64,000 nucleotides of DNA from Lama glama (Eukaryota), in the NCBI GenBank assembly GCA_028534125.1, contig CM052816.1, forward strand, positions 67,024,001 through 67,088,000. Reading direction: 5' to 3'. The position numbers were made by a program, and so were the translations under genes. The notes beneath the pieces were generated by a model. That model ran no database searches, was not told where the DNA came from, and saw nothing but the letters and a program-made list of their open reading frames with translations. This document shows positions 13,035 through 26,520 of the stretch, piece by piece. How positions within the stretch are numbered: the first letter of the stretch is position 1; every line of letters starts with the position of its first letter.

Positions 13035-14390
13035 ACTGATTAAATGATCATGTATTGAGTGCTAAGTCAGACACTGTGCTAAAATCTAATGTTGTTTTAC
13101 CATCCTATGTCCACTTCTGCTTTCTAGAAATCTACTTTATAGAGCTACACCAGATAGTTTGTGTATTCAATTAGTGAACAGAACCAACTGATTCTATTCT
13201 CAGCTGTCTTTTCTTAAGTTTACCTTCTCTACATAGGTCTAACACATTAATTCTTTCAACCAACCATTTCTAGTAATCACAGGCCCCACAAACTAAATTT
13301 ATCTCCTCAGATCGTAAAGGCTACCTGTCTCTGTTTGGGTCCCCCTTCTCAATACTGTGGTTTGGAAATTGCAGAAAGCCTGGATAATGACAGAACCGAG
13401 TACTGTGCTAGACGTTAGAAGGCTAAAAACAAACAATGCTGACAGGCAAGTCTGCCTTCATGGAGATTATATTTTAGTGGGGAGGAAGGGCAAAAAACTA
13501 ATTTAACAAGTTACAAAAAAGTAATAAATTTTACACAAAGCACAAACAAGAGGTTGATATATAACAATGAATTAGGGTTATATCTATATAACCATTAGAT
13601 AGAATGATCAGGGAAGGTATCTCAGAGAAGGTGGTATACAAACTACAACCTTAGGGATAAGGAGGTACCATAGAGAGAGTAGGGAAAGTGCACCCTAGGA
13701 AAGGAAATTCATATGCAAATACCTTGAGATGACAAACAGCACATGACTAACTGCAAGGAGAAATGTATGGTCATAACATAGTGAACTCTGGGGAGACTGG
13801 TAAGGCACAAGGCTGGTAAGATGAGCAAGAGCTAGGTCTCACGGGGCTTTACAGGTTGTATTAAGGAGTCTGAATTTTATTCTGAGTGCAAAGAAAGTCA
13901 CTGAAAGATTAAAATAGGAGAATGCTATGGTTCAATTTACATTTGAGAGATTACTCTTGCTACTGTGTGGAGAATGAATAAAAGCAAAATTCAAAGCATA
14001 GAGGTTATTATAATAACTGGATGAAAAGTAATAGACCAAGTTGTTGTCAGTGAAGACGATTAAGAATTGGGTGGATATGAAGGTGGCATATCTTACAAAC
14101 AAAATTGATAGGACAGTTAATGAGTTGAATATGGGTGGTGAAGAAAAGAGTGGAATCAACATGACTTCTAGGTTCTTGGCTTGAAAAATCTGGTAGATGT
14201 TGGTGTACTTACTGAAATAGTAAAGACCAAGGGAAGGATACTCTGGGTGAGGGTATGCTGCAGAAATTAAGAGTTCTGTTTGGGAGAATGTTAAGATTAG
14301 AATATCTATTAGAGATCTAAGTGGAAATATGAATTAACCAGTTGTGTATGTAAAACTAGAATTAAAAGGTGAGTTCTAAATTTTTGATGT
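13035..14390 (-). mobile_element. L2 LINE fragment, probably interrupted by an old L1 5'UTR piece at ~13090-13395
   Basis: tattgagtgctaagtcagacactgtgcta; ctgccttcatggagattatattttagtgggg; aaggagtctgaattttattctgagtgc; atgacttctaggttcttggcttga. Confidence 0.8.
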
Positions 14391-14429
14391 TCAGAATCAG
14401 TTTTTGCTCATATAAAAGACACAATTATT

Positions 14430-16305
14430 GACTTCTATTTCTGGCTACAGGTGAGTAATAGGGAAATGGAATAACCTTCACATGATAAAAACTACAAATT
14501 ATGCAAAAAAATTTTAGACATTAGAAAGGGGTATCCCATGACTACAGCATAAGAAAGGGAAATCTAAACAGAGAGTGGCCTTACTGAGTTGAGGAGATGA
14601 ATATCTGAGTTCAAGGAAGATGAGTTTCTAGAATTGGTGACAGAGAATTCCAAAGAGTGGAAAGGAATACAGAGAAAGAGGCTCAAATGTCTGAACAGAA
14701 TTTCTCTTGAGTCTTTGTCCAAATATCAATCAGCACTTATTATAAATGAGAAAAATTTCTGAGAAAAAAACAAATACCAAAGGAACTATAATACAATTTC
14801 TAGGGTTTTTTTTTCCCTAGAACTGAATCTTGTTTAATGTTTGCTCCAAAGTAGAGAGGCCTCACTGAATAATCACAGTAATCAATAGAGATATAAAAGG
14901 CTGCACCCTAACATGGTAGGTATGAATCAACTCTAGAATAAAGGCTACCATAGACCCACTCTCAAAGAGCTTAAATACACATTCTGAAGGGATCAAATAT
15001 ATCTTCAACTAATTTGAACTTCTACAAGAAAAAGCTTTAACACTCTTTAAAGGTACATAACAAAAACTAGCAATCAAAAATATGAAAGTCACAATGTCTG
15101 GTATCCAATAAAAATACTAGAATATGAAGAAGCAGGAAAATATGGTCCATAATCAGGAGAAAGAATCAATCAAAAGAAACAGACCCATAAATGACAGAAA
15201 TGACAAAATTAATAAAGGACATTAATATATAATGTTATATATACTAGAAGATGTCAAAGATAACATGAACATAATGGGGAAAGAAATAGATGATATAGAG
15301 GGGAACAAAATTTAGTTTTTAATATGAAAAATTATACTGAATGATATTTAACAGTAGATTATATTCTGTGGTAGAAAATATCAGAATACATCAATAAACC
15401 TGAGGATCCAGCAATAAAATCTATCCAAATGAAGCACACAGAGAAAAAAATACTGAAAGAAAAACAGAAAATGAACAGAGATTTCATATGTAACTGGAGT
15501 TTCAGAAGGAGAAAAATATGTTAAGGAATGATGGTGATATGTTCCAAACTTGATAAAAACTAAATTCCCATAGATCCAAGGGGCCCAATAAATACCAAAC
15601 AGGATAAACATACATGTACATACACACATGTACATGTACACACCCCTCTGTACATCATATATTGCTAAAAATAGGAATAAAGAGAAAAAATGTAAGAATT
15701 TAGAGAAAAAATACATTTTCATAGAAACAAAGATAGGATTTATTATAGATTTATCATCCAAAACCATGTAAATCAAAAGACAGTAGAATAGCATCTTTAG
15801 ACAGCTGGAAGAAAGTATCTGTCAACTTGAAATTCTATATATAGTAAAAATACTTTTCAAAATAAAAGTAAAAACTTTTTCAGACAAACAAAGCTAAAAA
15901 AATTGTCAACAACAGATCATTACTACAAGGAATCTTAAAGAAAGTTTTTTCAAGTAAAAAGAATAAAGAACAGATGGAACACACATAAAACAAATAGTAG
16001 GATGGTATGTATAAGCCAAATTATATCAATAAATGCACTAACTATTGAAGTCCTAACATTCCAATTAAATAACAAAGATTGTCAAATTGGATAAAAAGGC
16101 CCCAAAATAGATGTTGGGTCCAATAAACCTATTTTAGATACAAAGCCACAAATAGTTTCAAAGTAAAAATGGAAAACAAATATACCAGGAAAACATCAAT
16201 ATAAAGAAAGCTGGAGTAACTATATAAATATCAGAAAAGTAACCATCAGAACAAGGTATACTTCCAGGCATGAAGAAGGGCATTTCATAATGATATCAGG
16301 GTCAA
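14430..16305 (+). mobile_element. Old L1MC/L1MD-type element: 5'UTR, ORF1 and start of ORF2
   Basis: ORF1-like gaagaagcaggaaaatatggtccataatcaggag and tgtaactggagtttcagaaggaga; endonuclease-region aaagaaagctggagtaactata...gggcatttcataatgata. No open frame remains. Confidence 0.8.
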
Positions 16306-19300
16306 AGCCTTTCACTAATACTATACATTTGTAATACTTTTCTTTTCATCTCCTCCTCCTGGTTCCATTCTCGCAGGAGTCTCAAGGCAAAGATCCTTTG
16401 ATCCATATAAATACTGATCTAGTTTACAAAAGAATTTCATGCTTTTAGACTAGGGATTAGCCTGAGGAATCACCCCTAACATTAACATAACATTCAGAGG
16501 ACCAAGAACATTTCAGGTTTTCTCTAATTCTTAAGCCCCTGTATTCCATATATAGTATTTTCATGGGACAGACTATTATTGTGGTTCTTTGGTTATACAC
16601 TAGGGTTACCTCAGATAAATGGCAGAGTAGGCAAAACCAGTAACTATTGGAATCAGTACAATTGATGATTCAGTACATCAATCACTTGTACTCCAGGGCC
16701 TTTGATTCCATCCTTTGAACCCTTTCATAATCTTTTCTTGCTATTCTAGTCAGCTGGGGGAGAAAAAAAATCAAATTCTAAAATGGTTAACCATCTCTTT
16801 GCCTTTCTTACAGGGGATCATACAAAAAAAGTAATTTTTTCAGTATAATACATATAATTATATAATTATGATTAATAAGTTCTGCTGTCCATAGCACACA
16901 TACAATGGAAAAAGGGTGAATGCCTATTTTTATTGCCTTTAAAGAATTGTCAAGATCAGATCTACCGTTTTTGTGCTTCATAACCTGAAGATAACATGAG
17001 TTAAATTATATAATAAACCCACTGCAGTGTTTTTTAAAGCAACTTCTCTTTCAAACATACTTCAAAGAAATAAAAATTAAACAAACGTATCTATATAATA
17101 CATTATAAATCACCCAGTGAAAATTTCTGGTGATTTTTAAAATAAGATGAAATATGAAAAAGTATCTTGTAGGAGTAGTAGTATCTTGGATGTAGTATAT
17201 ATCTCATCAGTTATTACAATTTTACACTGGGCTTGTGTCTTTTCCAGATTAGATTTCTGATATGCTAGAGCCATCAATTTTTTTTAAATGGCAGTATTCC
17301 CTCAAAAAGCCCCCCAATGCAGCAAAGCTTTATATTTAATAATAGAGTTAGAAAAACCTCCCTGAAATTTGTATTATTCTGTGCATTGGTTCCAAAATAG
17401 TGCTAATTTTTGTTCTCAAATTCTGCAAGAGAACAACTCTTCCAGTTTTTATTTGCAGCTTCCTCTGAACCTAGCACTCAGCTATAAATCCATGGAAGCT
17501 CAGCTAATGACAGCCCACAGTGTATTCATATTCACCCACTCTCCCTACCCTGTTGCAGGTGAAAGCCACATGCACCAGATATCATCTTGGTCCATTATGC
17601 AAAAACACTCCTTGTGGCTCTACCTTCCAGTCTGTCAGATATGCCCAGGCATGTCGACAGCCCAGAGAAACCAGATTAAACTGCAAATAAGCCATTTGAC
17701 AAAAGAAGGGTCTCCACCCTCAGCACCAGAGCCTTGTGATTCCTGCCTTCAACTTCAGGATGCTCAGCTTTTGGAACTAGTCCTATTTCCTACCTTAGAG
17801 GTACTTGCGCTCCTGCTTCAAGGATTGCATCCCAAGATTCACTGCTAGTTGCTCTCAGCCTGTGTGACCCTGTGTCAATAACCAAGCTTCTGCAGCCAAG
17901 TCCCTGTATTTTTACTGAGCTCAGGAAGCGGGACCTCAGTCCCTGCCTCAATAACTTGTATGGGGGTCTCCACAGCCCCAGAACTTTTCTACATGCATTT
18001 CTTCCACCTTAGTGAGCTCATCACATTGAGGCCTGACCCCTCCTAGGATGGCCTGGCACAGAAACTATAAAACTGTGAGCTTCTCTTCTGACACCATCTT
18101 TTTACACAGCAGCAGGAAACCAGGTTGGATTGTATTTTGGACAGCTGTGAATCTTGAGAGAAAAGATAAGATTGATTCAGTGGACAATGGGGAACCAGGC
18201 TATGCACTGGCTTAAGCAGGAATGCAACACAAGACAAAGAATAAACACACAGAGGCCTGCCCCCTGTGTAGCCCGGAGAGCACACTTCACGCTACCTTTG
18301 CCTTATCAGTGACAGAGCTCTTTCTGCTTCACGCTTTTAACCCTGAACATGAAACAGAAATGATGGTTACTGAGAGCTGGCTATTCATATTCTCACGAAG
18401 TTTTCTCTTCTTTTTTGTTTCACTTTATATCTTCAAAAACAAAAAAGCCAAAATGAAACAAAACCGTGTTGCTATCGAGCCCAGAATAATAAAACCGTGA
18501 CAGTAGTTGTATAATTTGAAAATGTCCAGATGTCCAGAGTAATAGTGAAATCACCTTGGGAATTCTCAAATATCTAAAGTTTGAGTTAATATTTGAGTTC
18601 CAGAACAACTCAAGGTGCACTTAGTAGGATGTTTTTCCATTTCTCACTCAACCCAGGTGGGCTTTAAGGAAAACAGAACCCAAGCGTATCTTTTCCCTTC
18701 ACATTTCAATGGGCTAAATGTGATTTGGAAAGAGCGACTTAATACCTGAAGAAAAAAACTTTCTACTTTTTAATGAGTTTTTTTAATCTTTTTTCCCTTA
18801 AGAGGTAATAAAAATTCTAATGTAAACCAACTCACAATTCTCCAAGTCTAACCAGAAACTTTAGCCACAAATGTTCAACTCAGTGTGTTGGTTTGCCAGT
18901 AATGTGCCCCTCTCCCTTGTACATTTTAAGAGATATTTCATCTCATGTAATTCCCACCCTTAAATCTGGGTGTCCATTTTCATGGCCACAGCAGAGTTCA
19001 GCTAAGCCAGAGCACAATGGGGTTCAAGAGATTCTGTTAGCACATTGATGTGGGTGTAGATTTTATCCCAGGCCCCAAACTGTTAAAGCAACAGCTGTGG
19101 AGGCGCCCAGGGTGGGTGGAACAGAGAAGCTTGAAACTCAATGAAGGAAGGGCATTAAAAGAAAAAAAAAATGGCAGACTTAAAGCACAGCAGATAATAC
19201 TGAGGGCTTCTAAGAAACCCTAGAAAGAGGAGACACAGAGAAATATGTTTATGAATGGGTAGGAGGTTAGCAGCTACATAATATTCCCAGATGCTCTCTC

Positions 19301-19459
19301 TGCCTCTTTCATACATAGGAATCTTCAGAACACTGAGTGCAGAGGACCAGCTTGGACAGTAGGAGAGGAAGGAGGTCAAGTATCTGAACACAGATGGTAC
19401 AGATGTTCATTTTTAAAGGCTGATGGACACCATAGTGAAAAGATACCTTTTGGGAAGCA

Positions 19460-19600
19460 AAAAGTGGAAGTTGAAAACATGGGATTGAGTACTAGCCCTA
19501 TAAATTTAATTTAATTGCTGAGTAAGCAAAGAGATTCACTAAACGACTCAAACACAGTTTCCTCATGTGGTTAAAGGAGATAATAGCATTGACTTCACCA
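19460..19600 (+). mobile_element. MIR fragment
   Basis: cagtttcctcatgtggttaaaggagataatagca. Confidence 0.55.
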
Positions 19601-20184
19601 GTCTAGGAACATGTCATTCTGTAGATTTTCATCAGTCCCTTCCATGCATATGCCTCCTTTTACTACTTAGAAGTAAGAGATTTACAGCTATTCTTTCCCT
19701 TTTATTAGCAAGGACTGAGATGATCTAAAACAGATTTTGAAATTGTAAGATGCAAATTTTTTAAAAGAAAGTCATTGCATTATTGAGAGAGATCTGATCA
19801 CTGGATGGGAAAACGAAGTGAAGTCCCTCAGAAAGGGAGAGATGAGAGAGAATATCCGGCAAGTGTGGTCTCCCTCACTCACCAGATGAAAACCTGCCTG
19901 GCTCAGAATGTGAAACTACCCTGGAAGGCTATTCTGGAGTGACTATGAACTACAGATGTGTTAAGTTATGTCATCCAAACACAAAGACTGTTTATCTGTA
20001 CCGCTAGCTTGGCTTTATAAAGGACTTGGCCTTTTGGAAGTTTCTTGATCTAAGGATTACCAGCCAGGTTTTGGAAATTACAATAAAGTTGGTCCCTGCC
20101 CAGATTCTTCTGGACCAAACTACCACCTTGAATTTCTAGAAAAGCAATTCAGTCACTGAGAGCAGAGGGAGTTAGGATGCTTGC

Positions 20185-20575
20185 AGAAAACAGATGGCCC
20201 ACTCAAAGTGGGTAGTATGAAGAGAGTTTGAAAAAGAACGTTGTTGAAGGATGGGCAGGGAAAGCTAAGCAGGGTGGAGGGTTAGGGAGGGAGAGAGAAT
20301 TACTGATCTTAAGCCTGAAGGTTTCCAGAAGCCCTTAAGGGTGCTCAGAGGTAGAGAAATCTATGCGGACAGGGTCTCCTTACAGGACACAGCCAGATGT
20401 GGTGACATCCTCCCATCCTCAGGGGAATAAATATCCCCCCACACACCAAATGTCCCCTTGCATCTACTTCTTGCCATTGGCTGACCCACCTGGAAGCCAG
20501 AGGACAAAGGGGCCCCTGGTGTGAGAAGGGACCAAGAGGTCAAAGAGAAGATAGGCAGAAGAGATATTCTAATGG
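20185..20575 (-). mobile_element. ERVL-class LTR (LTR33-like)
   Basis: aaacagatggcccactcaaagtgggt...gagagttt and ccattggctgacccacctggaagccagaggacaaaggg resemble LTR33. Confidence 0.6.
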
Positions 20576-20580
20576 TTTGC

Positions 20581-21454
20581 TGTTATGGGTTGAACTGTGT
20601 CCCTACAAAAGAGACCCTGAAGTCTGAATCCCTCAGTACCTCAGAATGTGACCTTATTAGGAAATATGGTGTTTATAGAAGTCATCAAATTAAAATGAGG
20701 TCATTATAATTGGTCTTAATATGATAAGACTGGTGTCCTTATAAAAAGTGGAAATTTGGACACACAGACAAACATGTGGAGACACACATGGAAAAGACAG
20801 TGATATTACTGGAGTGATGCATCTATTAGCCAAGAAATGCCAGAAAACACACATGAAATAAAATTCATATTTTATGGCAATACGAGAAAACTTTAAACAT
20901 AAAAATTTCTTCACTTTGGCCTCCTGTCTTCCCACACCACGCACTGTGTATCTCCACTATGCATCAACCAAACCTCCCCATCAACAGGTATAACTGCTCA
21001 ACCTAGCACCAAGACAACTCCTTAAAAGATAACATCTCTTCTCAAGCTTTTAAGGGTCACGTGAGGTTGCTTAGATCTGGTATATGTCAACTATCAATGA
21101 TATGTCACTTGATGTACAGTCCTCTGTATCAAAAAACTGTATATATCTGTACCTTGACTTCTAACAGGCAGAAGAGCTCTCAGAGCTTTCTGAGATGGTC
21201 TTCCCGGGTTATAATCCTCAAATTTGGCTCAAATAAAATTTTCCATTTCTTTCTTAGATCAACTGATTAATTTTTTGTCAACACATCAGAAAGTAAATGA
21301 GGCACGAAAGTCTCCTCCCTCAGATCCATCAGAGAGCACGGCCCTACTAACACCCAGATTTTGGACGTCTAGCCTCCAGAACTGTGAGAAACTTTGTTTT
21401 TTCAGCCACTCAGTTTTTGGTATCCTGTTACCTCAGCCCTAGGAGACTAACACA
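20581..21454 (+). mobile_element. MaLR LTR (MLT1B/C-like), split by a nested LTR
   Basis: Starts tgttatgggttgaactgtgtccc...cctcagaatgtgaccttatt. Resumes at 21284 and ends tttggacgtctagcctccagaactgtgaga...gccctaggagactaacaca. Confidence 0.9.
20854..21283 (+). mobile_element. ERV1-class solo LTR nested in the MLT1
   Basis: TGaaataaaattcat...ttgtcaaCA, AATAAA near 21232, and ctctcagagctttctgaga (MER34/MER39-like). The MLT1 sequence continues on both sides. Confidence 0.7.
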
Positions 21455-21504
21455 CTCACTAAGGTACAACTGGCCCTTGACTGAACAGCCTTCATCACTG
21501 AGTA

Positions 21505-21650
21505 GATGTTAGCTTCAGAATGGACCTGGGAGGAGATGATGCCCAATCCTTTTATTTCACAAAGAAGAAAACAGACATCAGACTCACTCACAGTTGCACA
21601 ACTGATAACCATAACACAACAGCAGAGTCCCAGGAAAGCTCTAAGTCTGC
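21505..21650 (-). mobile_element. MIR3-like fragment
   Basis: cccaatccttttatttcacaaagaagaaaacagac. Confidence 0.5.
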
Positions 21651-22559
21651 CCAACATTGACAGGGGGCCCCACGTTCTCAACCTAACTGAGCTAAAATGT
21701 TGTGCGACACTTCACAATCCCCTGAATACCATGTAAGCGAAAGGATGCTACAGAATGACTGACAAGTGGCATCATTTCCTCAACTCCCATCTCTCTGCAG
21801 CATTTAAAGGGTCGCCAAGCTGAAGAACACAGTTTAGGCTGAACAGCAATGAAAATCTGCCTTTGTTCTGTTTCAGTGGTAAAGAAGAATATCTAATAAC
21901 CCTGAGAAAGAGCACCATAAACCCTCTAGGACAAAGTGTTTTAGTTCCTTATGAATTAGCATTAAAAAAAATTACCTAAACACAGCTCATTGTGTGAAGA
22001 CTGAGGCTCCCCACAGAAGTGATACAAAACGACACAGTCAGCAATAAAGACTTAAAAAAAATAAAGGAAAGAAAGCAAGCAAGCCCCACCCAGAACAAAT
22101 CGATTTCCTATAGCTCTGTGATGTTTCTTATCTAGAGGAAGGTTTTGTTTTCTTGTCAATCAACCCCAGCAAATCATCTGAGGGTTGGCCACACCTTGGG
22201 CTGGGGAACGCTCAGGAAGGTATGTGGGAAGGAAGAGGGGAGAGGCGATTTCCTGATGGGTCAGCTGCTGGCAAGTGTCTGGGCCCTGGGAAAGTCTTGC
22301 TGGAGGAATTCCTCTCCTTGGAGAGGAGCCAGAGAAGCAGGAACAATGCTGTGACCTGCTGGTGGTGACTCCCGGTCCCAGCTTGAGCAATGCAGGCCAC
22401 CGGCAGTGGGTCCCGCCCCAGCATGTCCTGGGCTCTTGGCCGTATGAGGTTTACTCCCCTTGTTCAACCCAGCAGCCAACGCGCAGTCTTGTTCGGAAGT
22501 TCTCTCTGAGGGAGACAATTTGCTTCACCCAAGATTAAAGCATAAGAATAGCGAAAAAG

Positions 22560-23121
22560 AGATGATCATACTAAGTGAAGTAAGTCAGACAGAGAAAGAC
22601 AAATATCATATGATATGACTTATATGTGGGATCTAAAAAAAGTAATACAAATGAACTTATTTACAAAACAGAAAAAGACTCACAGACATAGAAAACAAAC
22701 TCATGGTTACTGGAGGGATTGGGGGGGTGGGATAAATTGAGAGCTGGAGATTTGCAGATACTAACCACTATATATAAAACAGATGAACAACAACAAGGTC
22801 CTACTGTATAGCACAGGGAACTATGTTCAGTATCTTGTAATAACCTACAATAGAAAAGAATATTAAAAAGAATATATATATGTATAACTGAATCACTTTG
22901 TTGTACACCTGAAACTAACACAACATTGTAAGAGAGGAGGGTATAGCTCAGTGGTAGAATGCATGTTTAGCATGCATGAGGCACTGGGTTCAATCCCCAG
23001 TACCTCCATTAAAAAACAAAAATTAAAAATAAATAAATAAACCTAATTACCTCCTCCCAAAATTTTAAAAAAAAAAATGTAAATCAACTATACTTCAATA
23101 AATAAATAAATAAAAATAACA
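22560..23121 (+). mobile_element. 5'-truncated L1 3' end with TSD
   Basis: atcatactaagtgaagtaagtcagacagagaaagacaaatatcatatg through cttcaata(aata)n. 16-bp TSD with 3 mismatches: aagaatagcgaaaaag (22544-22559) / aagagtaacaaaaaag (23122-23137). Confidence 0.92.
22932..23077 (+). mobile_element. tRNA-Ala(AGC)-derived SINE, camelid Vic-1 type, nested in L1
   Basis: tRNA-Ala-like head with A box TAGCTCAGTGG (22944-22954), B box GGTTCAATCCC (22987-22997) and anticodon loop ttagcat. Body aataaacctaattacctcc, A-tail, TSD tgtaa (22927-22931 / 23078-23082). Confidence 0.9.
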
Positions 23122-24589
23122 AAGAGTAACAAAAAAGGCTAACCAGCTAAGAAAAGTCCCATTAGGCCCTTCAGATTGCTACCTTCTTGGCTCTTGGCTG
23201 ATAGTTCTTCCAAAGGATAGGTATGTTTTGACAACCAACCTGATCCCTTTATGTTCAGTTTCTGATTCATCTGCAGAGATATAAGTGCTTGAGATGGTGT
23301 CCTCCCACATAAAGCGACTCAGAAATTATATAACAGTTAATTAAAAGGCCACTTCCTGTGTTTCTCACCTCAGTGTGCCCCTGCCCTGTGAGGACAGCTC
23401 CCTGGGGAGGTACATGGAGACTTTTTCCTTGGCCAGAGCGCCACTGAAAGTAACACTCATTTAATGGAAGCTAAAATAGTTTATTTCTCCATCATTTTTT
23501 CTCCTATACAGAAAAATTTCTCCAATTTCCAAAATGAAGCTATCGGTAAGGAAGCATTTAACCATGTGAGAGTTGCCTCCAGTACAATCAGTGTCAAGGA
23601 GAGCCAAAATAAACCAAGAAAAATCGATAAAAATGCTCTCTTCAGAACAAGATTTCCTATTTCTTAAGAGACTATCTAGAAAGCATCTGTTACCATCATT
23701 TATTTGCCTCATTTTCTCTTTCACTCAGACATGAGTGGGACTTGGCTCTTCCTCAGCATTTTGGAAGCCTCTATGGCCTTCAATTCTGGGGCACTGGTGA
23801 CCTCTAGAGGACACAATTTTCGTCTCCATGTTAAGATGAAAAATCCTTTGCTCTGGGGAGGTGAATACATTATCAATTTTAGAGATGCAAAATAGCTTTT
23901 AACTCTTAAAGCATAAAACATTTCAAGAAATGATCTTCCTTCAGGTAAAATCTCCAAGGTAGCAAATGATCCGCTTTCCTTTAAACAAGAGGGAAGTTTA
24001 TCGTTGATGAAAATCTAAGAAAAGATGGATTTTTTTTTTCCTTTTCCAAGAGGGAACTCATTTTCCAAAGGATTCCAACTTGGCTGAAATATTAGAGACT
24101 GGCTTAGGTGAATGTCTTCATTCAATCCTCTGCCTGCTCCCCATCCTTCAGTGTCCTGCCCAATTCCCAACACAAGAACTTGAGAATGTCAGAAGGAGCA
24201 TTCAGCGAAGCTACTTGTGAATCCCTCTAAGCTGACAGGATTTGGCATTCTCCAAAGTTGAGTGAAACCGCCAGCCATGTTTCTCCACGTTTTCCCTTAT
24301 CAGCAGAACTTTTCAATCAGCCGAGTGGGGCTGGGGAGGCTCTCAGGGTGGTATAAGTTGAGTGGAGGCAAAATTATGCAAAGGGGAGCTCATCTCCCTT
24401 AGGATTTCCCCCAGGTCCTGGGACAGAGCTGCCTTTCCATTCTCACCAGGAGCCTAGAGCCTTGACTCACTTCCTCTCTCAGGTAGTAACATCCACTTCA
24501 CGCTGCTTACTGATAGAGACAGAGATCAGCCTAAGACCTCAACATGCAACCTAAGGCCATTTAGGAGTAGATCACAGCATCAGAGAATA

Positions 24590-24775
24590 AAAATTATTTT
24601 TAAAACATGTGCGTTCTGGACATTTTGTCAGGTGCTTATTACAAGGCAGCTCTCATTTTCACAACAGCCCTGTAAGGCAAATGTTATTCTTTTTGTTTTA
24701 CTGATAATAAACTAAACTCAGAGTTCAACTTGGCAAAGTCACACCTATCACTGCAAGTTTGCCCCATTGTATCAC
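24590..24775 (-). mobile_element. MIR SINE
   Basis: ttcacaacagccctgtaagg...ttttactgataataaactaaactcagag...acttggcaaagtcacac. Confidence 0.7.
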
Positions 24776-24834
24776 AAAGCTTCCAACGTCATCAAATGGT
24801 AGAGCAAAAAAAGACTGTGGCACTCAGACTTTAA

Positions 24835-24970
24835 TCAATTCACTTTATGAATGAAGACACAGAGGAAGTAAAATGATGTACCTGAGGCCATGCACTTAAG
24901 TGGCAGACCTGGAGCTAACAGTAGGTATTTAAACTCCCTGGATAGTGCCTGGGTCACTATCCAAAGCCCA
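24835..24970 (-). mobile_element. MIR fragment
   Basis: cactttatgaatgaagacacagagg...cctgaggccatgcacttaagtggcagacctgg. Confidence 0.65.
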
Positions 24971-26520
24971 TACTAACTCCTTCCTTGCCTCTGTAGGAGC
25001 TACAGAGTATCACTATAGGATCAGAATAAATTCCAGAAAAAAATTCTCCTGTAAACTCCCTTCCCTCATTTACCTCACCCTGGGTTTCCACAGGGGAGGG
25101 CTCTTTCTGAGGACCCCCAGGGAACCCCACAAGGCTCCCACCTCTAACCCCAAGGCCTCCCTCACCATCTTCTCCTCAGTGCAGGTGTGCATATGTACAT
25201 CCATATGGGAAACAAAGTTGGACTCCCCAGAGCAGAAGCGAAAGCCCATTAAAATAGTAAGGAAGAGCAGCAAGCCTTCAAACTCAAGATTAGGAGAGGA
25301 ATGATGGTAGAGACTGGAAAACCAGGTGCCATTTTTACAAATGGAAATTTTCTTCTTCTCTAAGAACTACTCATCATCTGACTTTGGAAAAGCCCCATTA
25401 ATTTCTCAGCAGGTCAGTTTCTGCCCCTAATATCATGTGTAAGTTCTATAAGAAGATATCCATATCCTGTTAAAGTTTACAAGTAAGTGATAAAACTGTG
25501 GAATACTTTAGATTGAACTGTTCTTCTGATAAAGGATAAAATAAGAACACAAAACGATACAATCCCTTTATTACACAAGAATGGGCATTCAATCAACTTT
25601 TGCTTCCATGTCTTCTTTCTACTCCCTAATTCTTGCCCCACCCCTCAAGTGAATACTTGTAAAACTTGTATAAGCAAAATGTTAGCAGATCTAGTAAAGA
25701 TGTGTTACATCAAGAGGTTAAAGTTAGCAACAAAATGGTGGTTTGGAGATTATCTAGTCATTTCAATCATGACTTATGACTGAGTTTTCAGTGACTCATC
25801 TTCGCAGTAAAAGGAAGAGGTTTGTGGGAACCACCCAGCTCTTCAAGGACAGTTGTTAAAAACTGACAAGTAACCAGGGACTTCCTACCTGGTCTAAGGA
25901 ACTTGACAAGGTGAAATCTTGATAGTTTGACTTTTAGGAATCATTACTGAGAGCCAGGGGTATTAGTGACACTTAAGTACAGGGAGCCACACAGCCATGT
26001 ACCATGAGGGGCTGCCCGGCTGTAGGGCTGTGATGGAGTGGAAGGAAGGGAGTTAAAGAGCTCTGATGCTTTAATGTTTCCCGAGTTTTGATGTCTGAAT
26101 TGTTCCAATTTCAAGGCCAGCGGGCTGACTGGCACTACAACAAGCACTAATTAGAAAAGCCCTTTTAACCTTCTTCTCCATCCTTTTACCATAACAGAGC
26201 AGTTCATAAGGGAAGTACAGCAGTGCTCCCAGCCAGCAGGAAACTGAAAACTCTTTCTTGAGGATTACATGCCAATCACCTTTTTCTAGTTCCTACCTGA
26301 GGAAGAATGAATCATTAGTATAGTGTTATGAGGGTATTTTCAAACTACCTGTTATTTCTGCAGCAGGTCTTACTGAGTTATGTCTAAGGCTGTAGACTAC
26401 TGTCTCATCTCTCACCACTCCCTGAGTTCTGGGCACACTGAAATCTCCCGCTCCATGCTATCAAGTAACCTACCCTTTTCAGTAAGTGGGATGCCTAGTA
26501 ACAATTAAAAGCAGAAAGAA

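Noticed and set aside
17369..17848. Longest ORF (159 aa) as a protein-coding gene
   Set aside because: It starts at TTG, has no recognisable domain and no coherent exon chain, so it is compatible with chance.
22932..23008. tRNA-Ala(AGC) gene
   Set aside because: Stem mismatches, a SINE body, an A-tail and a TSD show that it is a SINE head.
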